From contig JASANG010001128.1 of assembly GCA_030248215.1 (NCBI GenBank), positions 186,001-250,000 of the forward strand: a DNA stretch of 64,000 bases. The letters run 5' to 3'. How positions within the stretch are numbered: position 1 is the first letter of the stretch; each line of letters begins with the position of its first letter. The position numbers and the translations under genes were made by a program. The notes under the pieces were generated by a model that searched no databases, was not told the DNA's origin, and saw nothing but the letters and a program-made list of their open reading frames with translations. Shown here one piece after another: positions 14,201 to 25,800 of this stretch. Origin of the DNA: Enoplolaimus lenunculus (Eukaryota).

Positions 14201-15645
14201 AATCATCAACTTTTACTTGCTTCAGGTACTGGCGACTCAACGTTCCGGAACTACGAGGTGGCTGTATTCTGTTAGAAACTTCAATATCATTGCCCGGATG
14301 TGCTCTCCTTGGCGGCATTCAAGCAAACGTCCTTACATCGCGTTATTTGTTCGAACCATCCGGTTCCGGTCGATCTCGTATTACACACATTTCTCGTGTT
14401 GATTTAAGGTACATATTTCCTATATTTTTACTGGTCAAAGTTGCAGTTGAGTTCAACTTTAGTTGGCCATTAATGGTTAAATTTTTCTTTACGTTTCATA
14501 TTTCAATTTATTATGTTAGTGACTCTGACAATTTCGTCGACAGCACAAACGGTGTTTCACCGCAAAATCAGTTATTTCGAAGAAAACGCACAGCTGTGAT
14601 TGTCAGGAATATTCGAAGGAAACAGTTGACAATTTTTTCAACATTAATATTATTCAATCGATATCGGCAGGATCCACCCCGCTCAACAAGGAAAATAGGG
14701 AAATTTTTTTCATTTTTTACTGGGAATTTAAAAATTCAACTGTATGACATTTAAAAAATTATTAAAATCATGACTATGTTAACAGCATTCGGCGAGTTTT
14801 TAGTGAATATGATGAAGCTTGAAGAATCTTTGATACGTCTTTCTAGACTTCTAGCGTTTTGCTATGATTTCGTTTTAGACACACATGCTAATTGATCCTG
14901 AATATGCCCCTTTATTAGCTTAAATTTATTTTCATATATCCCAACAAAAATTGATTTTTCACATAAGGATGCAAGCAATCTTGCTATCCCAACTGTCCCA
15001 TATGTCCCATTTGTCCCAACTGTCCCATCTGTCCCAACTGCCCCATTTGTATTGGTTAACGATGTGGTATGAAAACTGTTTCCGGCTATTGGCTAAAACG
15101 GAAAACACGGAAAAAAATTGTGTTTTTCAACAGGGAAAACTGCGAAAAAGTTTCCCGAAATCAGCGGGAACCCTGTATCAGTCGAATTGACAATGAAAAG
15201 CACAAGAGTATGTAACTGGGTACATTCTGTGTGGGAAAGAATTGGCACAGGTTGCCTTGTGTTTCGGCGTATATTACGTCATTTATTGAACGTAGAAATT
15301 AATTAAATAAAATATTTTAAAAGTTTTGGCCCATGTTAACTTTAGGGAACTGGCCGGTGGGACGCTGAACGGCTTGGCGAGTGAAACATGGAAGCTTAGG
15401 TTTCAGCTTAGGATCAGGGTTGTGTTTTACATTAGGTTTAGGTTTCGTAAGCGGACCCTAACACTTTAAACATGGGCCAAAAATTTAAACGGACTCTGCT
15501 AAATGTTAGCTTATTTTTTATGAATTTCAGGGGTCGTGGCAAAACGTGGTACAACAACGTTTACGGTCACATTTGTGCCAATCAACTCGCTCATATCCGT
15601 GATTCGTTTCACCAGTCGACCGAAGGTCCCGAAACCGATTTATAA
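5221..15645 (+). CDS. STARD13: RhoGAP + START domain protein, DLC1/STARD13/STARD8 family (cv-c / gei-1-like). 5'-partial, 12 exons in window, about 658 aa.
   Basis: Exons 5221-5518, 6283-6522, 7420-7478, 7959-8156, 8882-9007, 9617-9747, 10101-10298, 11047-11184, 12374-12540, 12894-13019, 14226-14408, 15531-15645. All junctions are GT-AG and phase-consistent. Family motifs: ERRDSGVG; RVRWSSF; LQKHSLFRLTVLMDKYSPSSKTGWNWGVQKF; arginine finger GIFRKPG; DVADLVKQYFRDLPEPLLT; NKMTAENLSLCFAPSLF; START region KWKGW...PLKLWR...EVLSRVLRERDIWDDD...SRYLFEPSGSGRSRITHISRVDLRGRGKTWYNNVYGH; C-terminus EGPETDL*. Upstream (SAM-domain) exons were not found in 1-5220. The symbol denotes the family, not one-to-one orthology. 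Confidence 0.93.
5859..6195. mobile_element. Palindromic fusion of two left halves of TTAGGC MITE subfamily A
   Basis: Both ends carry the left-end sequence (GGCCCATGTAAAGATC..GCGGAACG..GACTGCAATAG) in inverted orientation. The hexamers switch from TTAGGC to GCCTAA at about 6000. Confidence 0.75.
6992..7155. mobile_element. hAT-like MITE nested in a CAGTGGCGGAT...ATCCACCGCT element (about 6803-7274)
   Basis: Perfect 8-bp TSD CTTCGATC on both sides. Confidence 0.8.
10508..10721. repeat. About 107-bp direct tandem duplication (intronic)
   Basis: TGAAAGGATC...GGGACAAACCAACTCAAGTTGGACTCAAC...TTTGTTAGGT occurs twice. Confidence 0.9.
11257..11419. mobile_element. hAT-like MITE (CAGGCCCGTAGCCA family)
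   Basis: CGGGCCCGTAGCCAAGGGGG...GCTAGCTACGGGCGTG; internal identity to the other copies. Confidence 0.75.
11501..11706 (+). mobile_element. TTAGGC-bearing MITE, subfamily A
   Basis: GGCCCATGTAAAGTTCAGGAGCGAAACG...TTAGGC repeats...CTGTTATGGCCCTGTTCTACAC. Confidence 0.75.
13173..13334. mobile_element. hAT-like MITE (CAGGCCCGTAGCCA family)
   Basis: Flanks GCCTGAAG / GACTGAAG (7/8). Confidence 0.78.
13671..14187. mobile_element. TIR element with ATGCGGGGTTCACGTTAC termini and internal TACCCATATGGGTA motifs
   Basis: Left ATGCGGGGTTCACGTTACCAGTTGTGCATTTGG is inverted against right CCAAGCGCACAATCGGTAACGTGAACCCCGCAT; the same terminus occurs again at about 41590. Confidence 0.65.
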
Positions 15646-18256
15646 TTATCGACTCTGGAATGTTTTAAATTTTGAACAAACATTTTGTTGATTTACAAAA
15701 TTGTTTTTAATATATTACATTTGAGTAATTGTTAGCTCATTTCTCAAAATTGTTCGATTTTGAAAATTTTTGCATATTTTGAACATTTTTATGATAAATT
15801 GTTTTACCACGGTACAAAAGTTGTAAGGGTGGGTTGCGTAGCAAGGCTTACCCACAGGTTGATGAAGTCCCCCTTTTTCCAATTGTGGAGACACATCATA
15901 TATTCTCTATGTAATGTACCCGTTAAAAATTTTTTGCAAGCTAAATACCCACAGTATGATGCAAATACACCCTTTCGGAAGCATTTTATCACCCACAAAT
16001 GCCCTTGTGAATAGTTCGTGATTTCGGTTATAGGTTGAAACCACCAACTCCGCGTTTAGGTCCGTATTTCAATGACGCTATATTGCTCTGGTTCAATAGT
16101 GCAGTCGTTTTCCGTATTTTATTCCCCCCAACACCGTATTAAAGCTATACCAGTAAAGCACGAGTACCGAACAATACAAGTAATATGCTAGACTGCCGCA
16201 CTTATTTCAACCGAATGGGGCGAAGTTTTAGTTTTTAGATTGAAATATATTTTGGAGTGGCGCAGCCACCTACAGTCCGTATACAGGAAATCAGTATTGT
16301 ATAATGAAATCACGCACAAAAGTTTAAAACGTACAACCCCTCAGGTTAAACCTATGCGAATCGCTCACGTCACTGTTCAGCTGCGCCAGGTTTTCTTTTC
16401 TGGTTAAGGCATGCCCCGGCCAAAATACGGTAAGAGAGAGGCCAAACCTGAAACAACGTTGTAGGTGAGGTGTTTTAAGTTGTGGTTCCGGCAGAAAATT
16501 GACCTTCGACTAAAATAAATTTGTTTTTGGCCTGTAACTTCAACCCAAGTATAGTCATTTTTCGCCACCGGATTGTTCAACTCAGGACGGTATAACCTAC
16601 AGAAGGTTATAGTAAAGAAAATATATCCCCTGTATCAGTTCTTTCGTCATACGCCATTCATAGTAAATAACCAGGCCCGTAGCCAGGTCACCTTGATAGG
16701 GGGGCTAAACATTTTTTGCGAGGGGCATACAAGAGTTTTCGATGACTTTACAAGCAGGGTTGAAAATTTTCACAGGAGGGCAAATTCTTCCAGGAGCTGT
16801 AGGATTTTAAATTCTGACCAGGTCTGCGTTTAAGTTTCACTGTTGCACTGTGATATTTATGTAATTATATAACATTGTTTTTGCAATGCTAAGCTATACT
16901 TTAATCGGTACGAATCAAACTTAAAAATTGATCCATGAATGAAATATAATTATCACAAGACTCAGCGTAATTTTTACTGCTCAAGTTATGGTCGACAACG
17001 GGGTTGCTTCTTGGCGAAAATCTTCAGCCCCGAAACCGAAAATTTTTAAGTTTGACAGAATGCTGATGTTTTTAGTAGAATTCAGCGAAAAATACATCGT
17101 CGCGAAACTGAGATTCAAGCATAGCTTAGCATTTGTAAATTCGCTAGTCACCATCCTAAATCTATTAAAACTACTATATTTTGTCATATGTATATATTTA
17201 TATATGTATGCATGTATGTATGTATGTATATATTATTCAGGCAAAACTTGGTTCGCATGCAAAATACAATTTAAAATTTGATATGAGGCTTAAAACTGCC
17301 AGTTTGGGACTGTAGTTTTTGGTAGTAATTTTTCAAACAATTTGAAATATTACTATAATTAAGTATATATTTAGACTTAGGCTAATGAGCCATATATTCC
17401 TGCGGTTACGGATTTATAAGATGGCGCAAGCATAGGATCAATTAGTCGCGAAAAATGTGCTAAATTTCAAAGCGCATCATTCTAAATTTCAGTGAGTTGA
17501 TTTTAACTCAGAATGAGTTGAATCACTCAGTCTGAGTTAGGACTATCAGAACTCAGAATTTTGAGTTGTTCAATTCATTCCGAGTTAATACACCAACCCG
17601 CCCAGAGTCAATTCAACTCAGCCTGAGAATCAGCTCAACTCAGAGTGAGTTAATGTTTACTGATATTAATTCAGAAATAACCAACTCGCTAGCTGAATTG
17701 ATTAATCAAGTCAGTTGAATTTACAGCGATATGAAACTCTGTTACGTCCACAGAAAATTTAAGCCGTAGAAGCAACATGGATTGAATATTCGTTTAGGTT
17801 TAGGCTTAGGCTTAGGTTGATTATTAGGTTCAAGGAGAACATTTTTGTGGCTTTATCATATTTTTTCTGATCTTACATATATATTAAGCTGTTGCTCGCC
17901 TGTACATTTTATAAGTATATTTCGAAGTTTAACCAACAGTTACACAGATGATTATAATTATATATCGAATTTAGTAAAATATCAAAGTGCATTTAATGAG
18001 TTATGAGCTGTTTCAAACGCGCCCGTAGCAACAGATGGAGTTAAGGGGGTTCGACCCGCTTTCGCTGAAAGATTCGCCTCCCCGTAAAAGGTTCAACCCC
18101 GCTTGTAAATCATTTGAAATCCTTGAATGTCTCTAAAAACTTTGGCCAAAGTATGAAACATTGGCTTTTTATTTTCCGAGGTGGAAAATTTACAGCCAGG
18201 AGTTGCAGCCAGCCACTCCTGCTCAAATTAGTTTATCGGTACGTATAGGTTCACCC

Positions 18257-18429
18257 GGTCAGTGTTACTTTAAAGGGCGTAACAGTAAATTAAGCGTATT
18301 CCTAAGACTAAGCGTTGCAAAACTGTGTTCCTAAGCCTAAGCGTAAGCAAAAAAATGTAATCTAGAATCCAAACGTACTCGTTTATGCACCCAGCAGAAG
18401 GCTGGACGCCCCTTAAGGTAACATGGGCC
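18257..18429 (-). mobile_element. TTAGGC-bearing MITE, subfamily B
   Basis: GGTCAGTGTTACTTTAAAGGGCGTAACAG...GCCTAA repeats...GACGCCCCTTAAGGTAACATGGGCC; flanks GGTTCACCC / GGTTTACCC. Confidence 0.8.
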
Positions 18430-18625
18430 GGTTTACCCTATTAAGTGTCTCCGGCAAACTTTGTCAACCTCTGGATCCATTGCTTGTTACAGGTGGCTAC
18501 ACGCTGTAAGCACTCCATTGCCATTATATTCACCGGTTCGTGACCTCGTGCATGTCTTTACGATCGACAAATTCAACGGAATGTCATGGAAACATTTGTC
18601 GGAAACAAAATTTCATAAGAAACAG

Positions 18626-18967
18626 GGTCAATGTTACTTTTAGGGCCGTAACAGTAAATTAAGCGTATTCCTAAGCCTAAGTCTAAGCGTTGCAAAAGCG
18701 TATTCGTAATCCTAAGCCTAAGCAAAAAATGTACTCTAGAAGCTAAACCTACTTCTTTTATAGATCCAACAGAAACCTGGACACGCCTTAAAGTAACATG
18801 GCTGGGAAGCAGGGACAATGTTACTTTTAGGGCTGTAACAATAAATTAAGCGTATTCCTAAGCTTAAGCCTAAGCCTAAACCTAAGGAAAAAATGTAGTC
18901 TAGAATGTAAATCTACTCGTTTGCACACCCTGCAGGAACCAGGACGGCCCTAAAAGTAACATGGGCC
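18626..18967 (-). mobile_element. Two tandem TTAGGC MITE subfamily B copies separated by one TSD
   Basis: Copy 1 18626-18804, spacer GGAAGCAG 18805-18812, copy 2 18813-18967, right flank GGAAGCAG, left flank AGAAACAG. Confidence 0.8.
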
Positions 18968-19038
18968 GGAAGCAGTATTGTGCCAAAACATGTGTATCGC
19001 TTACTAAACCGAAAACACAATATATCCAGTGGTTTGTC

Positions 19039-19228
19039 TGCCCATGTAAAGATCAGGGACGGAATGCTGTGCTGGGACTGTAATAGAGTAAGCTTAAGCT
19101 TTAAACTATTTGGTTAATTGGGCTAAGGCTTAGATATAAGCTCATTCTTGCGGTTTAGGTTTTAGGTTTATAGGTTTATGCTCATTTTTCGCTTAGGCTT
19201 AGGAATAATGTTTATAGCACTGTTCCAT
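19039..19228 (+). mobile_element. TTAGGC-bearing MITE subfamily A (right end decayed)
   Basis: GCCCATGTAAAGATCAGGGACGGAA...GACTGTAATAGAGTAAGCTTAAGCTTTA...TTAGGC. Confidence 0.7.
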
Positions 19229-20056
19229 ACATTTTCTTTATGACACCGTATAATGACGGACGGCGACGGACGGGTGACACATGGCGCTTGACGTAAACAC
19301 ATGTTTAGCGCAACCCTGAGATTTCATAAAGTTTATCTTTAGGATGTGAAATAAGCTTAAACGTAAACCTACCTGATAGTTTAATCTACAACGTTAGTTT
19401 AATACTACTGGATTAGCTTGAGCTTAAAACAAGTTAGTTTGTAAGCTTCCAGACAGCAAAAATGAAGCATTCTATCCTACAGGATAGCAGTGTACTCTGT
19501 AAACCATCCCTGAAACCAGAAATTCTTATTCGAGGAACTGTGAAAATTCTCGAAACAGAACTTTTTCCGTTAAGACGACTCGCATACGACCCGCGTCTTG
19601 GCGAGTTGGTCCTGCCGTAGACTCCAACTGTCGCTATTTCGTTGCGTTAAACGATTTATCACCCACCTGATAAAAAAACCAGTCCCCTCAAAAATTCAGG
19701 GTGGGGTAAACAGTTTTTAAACAGACTCGATGAATACCGCAGTGAGTATTTTAACCGCATCAGCGTGTGAGAACGAAAAATTCTATTCGCAAATATTTTT
19801 TTTATTTTTGCTTAAAAATTACAATTCTAAACTTTATAACGTTGGTGTACTGAGATATTTTATAAATTTTTTGATGCTTTATTTAATGTTAAATTTAGTC
19901 ACTGTACAACCGATGGTATGCTTCCGGTTCCGGCTTAAAATTGATTTCCGGATGCGGACCATTGTAATATTTTGTCGGACTTTGCGACAATTTCAGTAAT
20001 TGACGCATTCCGTATTTTAAAAAAGGTTGCACCTATTACTGAGTCTGTTCTTATTC

Positions 20057-20390
20057 ATATATAATATATACACTTATATATATGTATATATAATATATAG
20101 ATTTAATATATAATATATTTATATATAAATATATATATTTATATATATGTATATATAATATATAGATATAATATATAACATATATATAAACATATATTTA
20201 TATATCTAAATATATATATAGATATATATATTTAGATATATATAAATATATATTTATATATATGTTATATATATCTAAATATATATAGATATATATATAT
20301 TTAGATATATAACAGATATATAAATATATATTTTATATATCTAAATATATATATATACATATATATATATATAAATATATATATATATTA
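20057..20390. repeat. Imperfect (AT)n microsatellite / AT-rich low-complexity tract
   Basis: About 330 bp of ATATAT with TCTAAATATATATAGAT sub-palindromes. Confidence 0.95.
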
Positions 20391-21266
20391 CAGTACGGTG
20401 TATTCTGGCAGTTGAAACGCCAGTTAATACACGTTTTTACAAAACTGTCGAATTGAATTCGACCGGTTTGAGATGTGGAAGCAGTGGGCAAAAAAAGCGA
20501 CGAGAAAAACATTAAAAAACATCGATTCAATTGTTTATTTTTGAGATTTAATTCAGTTGAAAAAACGCGTTAAAACTTTTGAATTTTGTCGCTCTTAAAG
20601 GCTGCCGATATTTTCGAGTCAAATTTTAATACACTTTTAGTGCGTTTGAAAGAATGTTTAATTCATAGGTTTGCGGTAAAGGATTAATTTATTAACCACA
20701 CGGTAAGGTTTAGTGTGAGCCTATAAGCATATTCCTAAGTCCAACTCTTGGCGCAGCCATATTTACGTGTGCACAGTGATCAAAGGCAATCAAAATATTA
20801 TGAATTTAGATTTTCTACAAATGCCACGTGTTTATGTGACCCATTACGTTCGTGCCTGGTGCCTCAAGTAGCTTTACACTGTAAACTCCAGTTAATTGAT
20901 TTAAAATTCAGAATGAGTTGAATCACTGAGTCTGAATGTTTTTAGAAGCCAAAATTGTGAATTGATTGAAATCATTCTGAGTTAAGTAATCAACTCTCTA
21001 TGAATTAAATCAGCTCAGTGTGACTGAACGTTTACTGTTATTAACTCAAAAATAACTCAAAAACGACAAATTCGTTCTCTGAGTTGACTAACCAAATTTT
21101 TTGAATTTACAATGTAGACTCAGATGCCTGACAGTGGTCCTATGGATTTAAGTTGACCAACGCTAAAAATTGATTTAACCCTATAAAATTTCGTACTACA
21201 GCCAATGTATATTCTGGTTAAAATATGCTTAGTACAAAGTTTCCGTATAATCAATAAAAAATATCG

Positions 21267-21516
21267 GCCCATGTATAGAACAGGGCCGGATTATTTTCCG
21301 GAGGGGTTATACTAGAGTCAGTTTAAGCTTTAGGCTCATTTTTTGCTTAGGCTTAGGCTTAGGTTTAGAAATAGGCTCATTCATACGCTTAGGCTTAGGC
21401 TTAGGCTTAGGCATAAGCTTAGGCTTAGGAATAGGCTCATCCATACGTTTAGGCTTAGGCTTAGGTTTAGGTTTAGGCTTAGGTATAAACTTATATTACT
21501 GTTCCGGCCCTGTTCT
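21267..21516 (+). mobile_element. TTAGGC-bearing MITE, GGCCCATGTATAGAACAGGGCCGGA variant
   Basis: Long (TTAGGC)n tracts; ends TTCCGGCCCTGTTCTA; AAAATATC on both flanks. Confidence 0.8.
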
Positions 21517-21835
21517 AAAAATATCTAACACCTGAATGACTAATCGTTGGAAATAGTTCAATATTTTAGGAAAGTAATTTTGACAAAACATCTTAGAATA
21601 AAGCTAGGATGATTCATTTTTTTATAACTTGGTGTATTTTTGGGTTTTAAGCCAAACTTTTTGGTAATTCATTTTACTGTTTACCCAGTAACGTTTCTTA
21701 AATTTGAATAAATTAGCAACATTTAAGTGTTCGTATTACACAAAAGGTAATTTAAGACAGTTGTTTCTTAAAGGTAGATTTTGTTGAAACCACACGATCC
21801 GCGCGACCCCTGTACGAAGTTTCGCTCAAAGTTAA

Positions 21836-21907
21836 GGACCACGCCGGGAATCGAACCTCGGCCCTCTTGCACTCGAGTCAAGTATGCTGCCACTACACCG
21901 TATGGTC
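21836..21907 (-). pseudogene. tRNA-derived (tRNA-Pro-like) pseudogene or SINE head
   Basis: Minus strand GACCATACGGTGTAGTGGCAGCATACTTGACTCGAGTGCAAGAGGGCCGAGGTTCGATTCCCGGCGTGGTCC has an A-box-like TGTAGTGG, B box GGTTCGATTCC and a partly paired acceptor stem. The anticodon stem is mismatched. Confidence 0.55.
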
Positions 21908-21936
21908 ATGGCGACAACTTCTTATACCTACAGATT

Positions 21937-22137
21937 GGCCAATGTAAAGAACAGGGGCGGAACAGTAATGTAAGCATATTCCTAAGCCTAAACCTAAGCC
22001 TAAACGTAATAATAGACCTATATCAAGGCCTAAGCCTAAGCCTAAACCTAAGCCGCACAAAAAATTAGTCTAAAACTTAAGCTTACTCTTTTCTAGTCCA
22101 TTAGAAAAACGTTCCGCCCCTGATTTTTACATGGGCC
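21937..22137 (-). mobile_element. TTAGGC-bearing MITE subfamily A
   Basis: GGCCAATGTAAAGAACAGGGGCGGAAC...GCCTAA repeats...GTTCCGCCCCTGATTTTTACATGGGCC. Confidence 0.85.
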
Positions 22138-22661
22138 CGGCGGATAATCCATCCACCATTTTCTCTGGATCTGCCGGTACCACAACAATACCTTGTAATT
22201 CGAAATTTGATCCACTCGACAATATTCTTCGCCCATTATTTAACGCTTAGGTTTAAGCTTAGGCTCAGAATCATACTAAGGATTATGTTTACAAGTATTC
22301 AACGGCTTTAACGCTCTGTTGGACGACAAATTTCGGGCGACAATTCGTCACAGATTCGAATCCGCAACTATAAACTTTTGTTCTTCAATTGCATTGCACA
22401 AATAAAATGTTATCTCCTTAAATCTGTCGGCCCAAAAATTTGCTCAAAACGCGCTTTAAAACTGTAAAATTTCAAAATAAAAAGTATCCATCGCTTCCGG
22501 AAAACCCCCTGGATCCCGTCACTGGAAACAACTTCCGGCAGTGTTTTTGCTTGCGTTTCTTGTTGATTTCTCGAAGACGCTGCGCTGTAACTTTGAAATG
22601 CTAAATTCTTTGGTGCGTACACCGAACGGTATGACGCGTAAATAATTTACATACGATACCG

Positions 22662-22762
22662 TACGGTGACACACGGTGACGCACGGTGACGCACTGTGAC
22701 GCACGGTGACGCACTGTGACGCACAGTGACGCACGGTGACGCACGGTGACCCACAGTGACGG
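22662..22762. repeat. 10-bp tandem repeat (CACGGTGACG / CACTGTGACG), about 10 copies
   Basis: Read directly; ends about 105 bp upstream of the FReD ATG. Confidence 0.92.
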
Positions 22763-22868
22763 ACGGCACCGAAAGTCATCAAAAGCATAGTGCCACCCTT
22801 AAAAACATGCATTACATTTTTGATAAAAAACATTAATTAACCTATAAAATGTATACTGAATTAAAATA

Positions 22869-25800
22869 ATGTACAACTTCAATATTCTGCTCGCGTTCGT
22901 ATATTTGTGTGCCATCGTGCGACCAAGCATCGAACAAACCTCAGCAATTTTTCAACCGCCTTACAACCGGATTCAAGTGTCTGGACGATATTCGAGTTAG
23001 TTTCAATGAGACCTGTTGTTTGAAAATTATACCATTTCTCACCCATTGAATATTTATTATTTTTCAACGGTGGATTGGATCACTGGAGTCCAGTTTGAAC
23101 TTGAGCCACTCAACAAAATGATAATATTTTGGATACGCAATTATATTTTGCTAAAGTCGTCCGTGGTATAAGACGATGTAGATCAAAATGCGATATACGG
23201 GTCGATTTTAAAGCCAGCTATGCCCTGCATACACTGTATAAAATGGGGAGTCAAATTGACTCTGTCGGAAGTAGGCTTTTCCTGACTATACAAACTGAGT
23301 CAAATAAATTCGACTCCGCCAGAGTCAAATTGAAACTCGCTCAGCGATTCAGTGATTTGAACTTGACTCTGGCGCAGTCGAATTTTGACTCAGTTTGTGT
23401 AGTCAGGAAAAGCTTATTTCCGAGAGAGTTAATTTGACTGCCCATTTTTTACAGGGTACTTTTAAATAATTTTAATAGTCTTTTTCTTAGCAACGCTAAT
23501 TGGATTTAGAACGTAAAGTGTTTACCAAAAACAACACGACAATTTTATTTACTTTACTTTCTTGTGTTGAAGTCACAAATTTTAAACTTTGACTGATTCT
23601 GTTTTGATTTGGAAACTAAGAACCATCTAAACATCTGGAACGGGACGCTTTTTTTGCAAAACTACTATAAAGTATAAGTTTAACATTTGAATATATTATT
23701 TGGTTAGGCTTAGGCTTGACCGTAGACTTAAACTTATGCTTAGGTTTGGGCATAGGTTTATAGGCCCATGTATAGAACAGGGCCGGATCGTTTTCTGGAG
23801 GGGCTATAATAGAGTCAATTTAAGCTTTGGACTAATTTTTTTTGCTTAGGCTTAGGCTTAGGCTTAGGCTTAGGCTTAGGCTTAGGCTTAGGAATAGGCT
23901 TATCCATACGCTTAGGCTTAAGCTTAGGCTTAGGCTTAGGAATATGCCTAGACTACTGTTACGGCCCTGTTCTATATATATTGGCCAAATCGAACGACAT
24001 ATGCTTGAACTACTTGCAACCCCCCTCCCAGTTTAAAGGCAGTCAATCAACCTGGTGAGTATGGTGTTTGATACTGAATTTTTTCTCGTTAATGTTAAAG
24101 CATAAGCGGAATTCTAAACCTAAGCCTTTAATGTCCCGGCTTGTAAGCGACGTTGTACCTTTTAGCTTGAATTTTGTTGAATAAAGTTTTTCAGGCTGCG
24201 ATTCGCTGCACAAGGCTGGATATCGAAAATCAGGAGCGTATCCGCTTTATATTGGAAACAATATTCGACCGAAAATTTTACTATGCTATATGACACGACA
24301 TTATGCTGGCACTGTATTTTTATACAGGTAAAAGTAATTACTGTAAACACCAGTTAGTTGATTTTAACTCAGAATGAGTTGAATCCATTCAAAAACGCAG
24401 AGCTCTGTAATAGGACTTTTAGATCTCAGATTTGTCAATGGATTAAACTTATTCTGAGGTAATTAATCAACTCACTGGGAATTAATTGAACTCAGAGTGA
24501 AAATGAATTCAAATCAGTGAGTTAATGTTTGCTGTTAAGTCAGAAATAACTAACTCGGTATCTTGAGTTGATCCTTACTCTGAGTTGAGTTGACTGTGGG
24601 TGAGTTGATTAATTAAGTCAGAATGAATTGAATCAACTTAAAATTCTGAGTTCTGATAGTCCTAACTCAGACTGAGTGATTCAACTCATTCTGAGTTAAA
24701 ATCAACTCACTGAAATTTACAGTGAATATGTGAAAAATATAGCAAGATTACAACTCGAATTGAAAATTGTTTAACTTTTAGCGCAATTTAAGAACATCAA
24801 AATATCAAAACTTCGGAACAAAAAAAGTTGTTATTCCCCACCCATCAAGCAATCCTGGATCCGACGCTACACGTCCACAGTGATTGACTTCGGTGCTCAA
24901 GTTGTTTGGATTTCCGCGTTTATTTCGCGTCTGTCAATAAAGGTTTACCTGGTGTACACATGTTATTGTGGAAGTTGCTAGAAAATTAGCCGGTCAGGCG
25001 CAAATGTACTTTCGGTTTTAGATTTCATGGCAAACAAAATTTTGAACGAAACTTCACCGAGTACTTAAACGGATTTGGTGAAGTGAGCAAAGACTATTGG
25101 CTTGGATTGGACGATTTGTACAGGCTCACATCTCGAGGTAACACGGCGTTAGGTAGCCACCGTTTCCGGACCCAAAGGGGAATCAGGGTGGCTTACCCTT
25201 CAGGAAAAGTATTTGTGACCTGAGGTTGACATCGGTAATGGCTTCTGTTCGCGTGTTTGAAAACCGATTACTGACTGGTGATAGGCGCTACACATATCTG
25301 GCAATCTGGGTCTTACAGTCAGTGAATAGCGAAAACGGAAACGAATAGTGATCAAATTAACAGAAACGGAAAACGAATATTGATTTCATTTCAAACAATT
25401 GCAGCATACTCTGTAATGAAAACTTGCGAGATATATACGTTGTTTATAACTAGTTTTGAGTTTAAGACTATCAGAATTTAAGGTATTTTTTTAATCAAAA
25501 CGGAAACAGTCATCGATTTTTACCGGAAACGGAAACGGATATCCCGTAACACGCCGCTTATAGGCCATATGGTTTTAACCCTAAGCACACCACAAATCAC
25601 AGATCCGCTTAAAGACAACCGTGACAACTGCAATCGCTGCAACAGAAACACGAGGCTATGAAGTCCATCTAAAAGACGAACAAGCCAGCTGAGTAAACAG
25701 AGTCTCTTGCAAGCCGAAGCCGCCAACCCTGCATGACACAACGTTCACGCCAACGTCTCTATGAGGAGAGCGACTTCGACGAAATCCGTTGCTTACTTGC

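Noticed and set aside
18461..18643. 60-aa ORF between MITE copies as a possible exon
   Set aside because: No recognisable motif, no convincing donor site and no partner exons.
23840..23940. Perfect TTAGGC run as a true telomere or chromosome-healing site
   Set aside because: It is short, internal and enclosed by MITE TIRs, with ordinary sequence on both sides.
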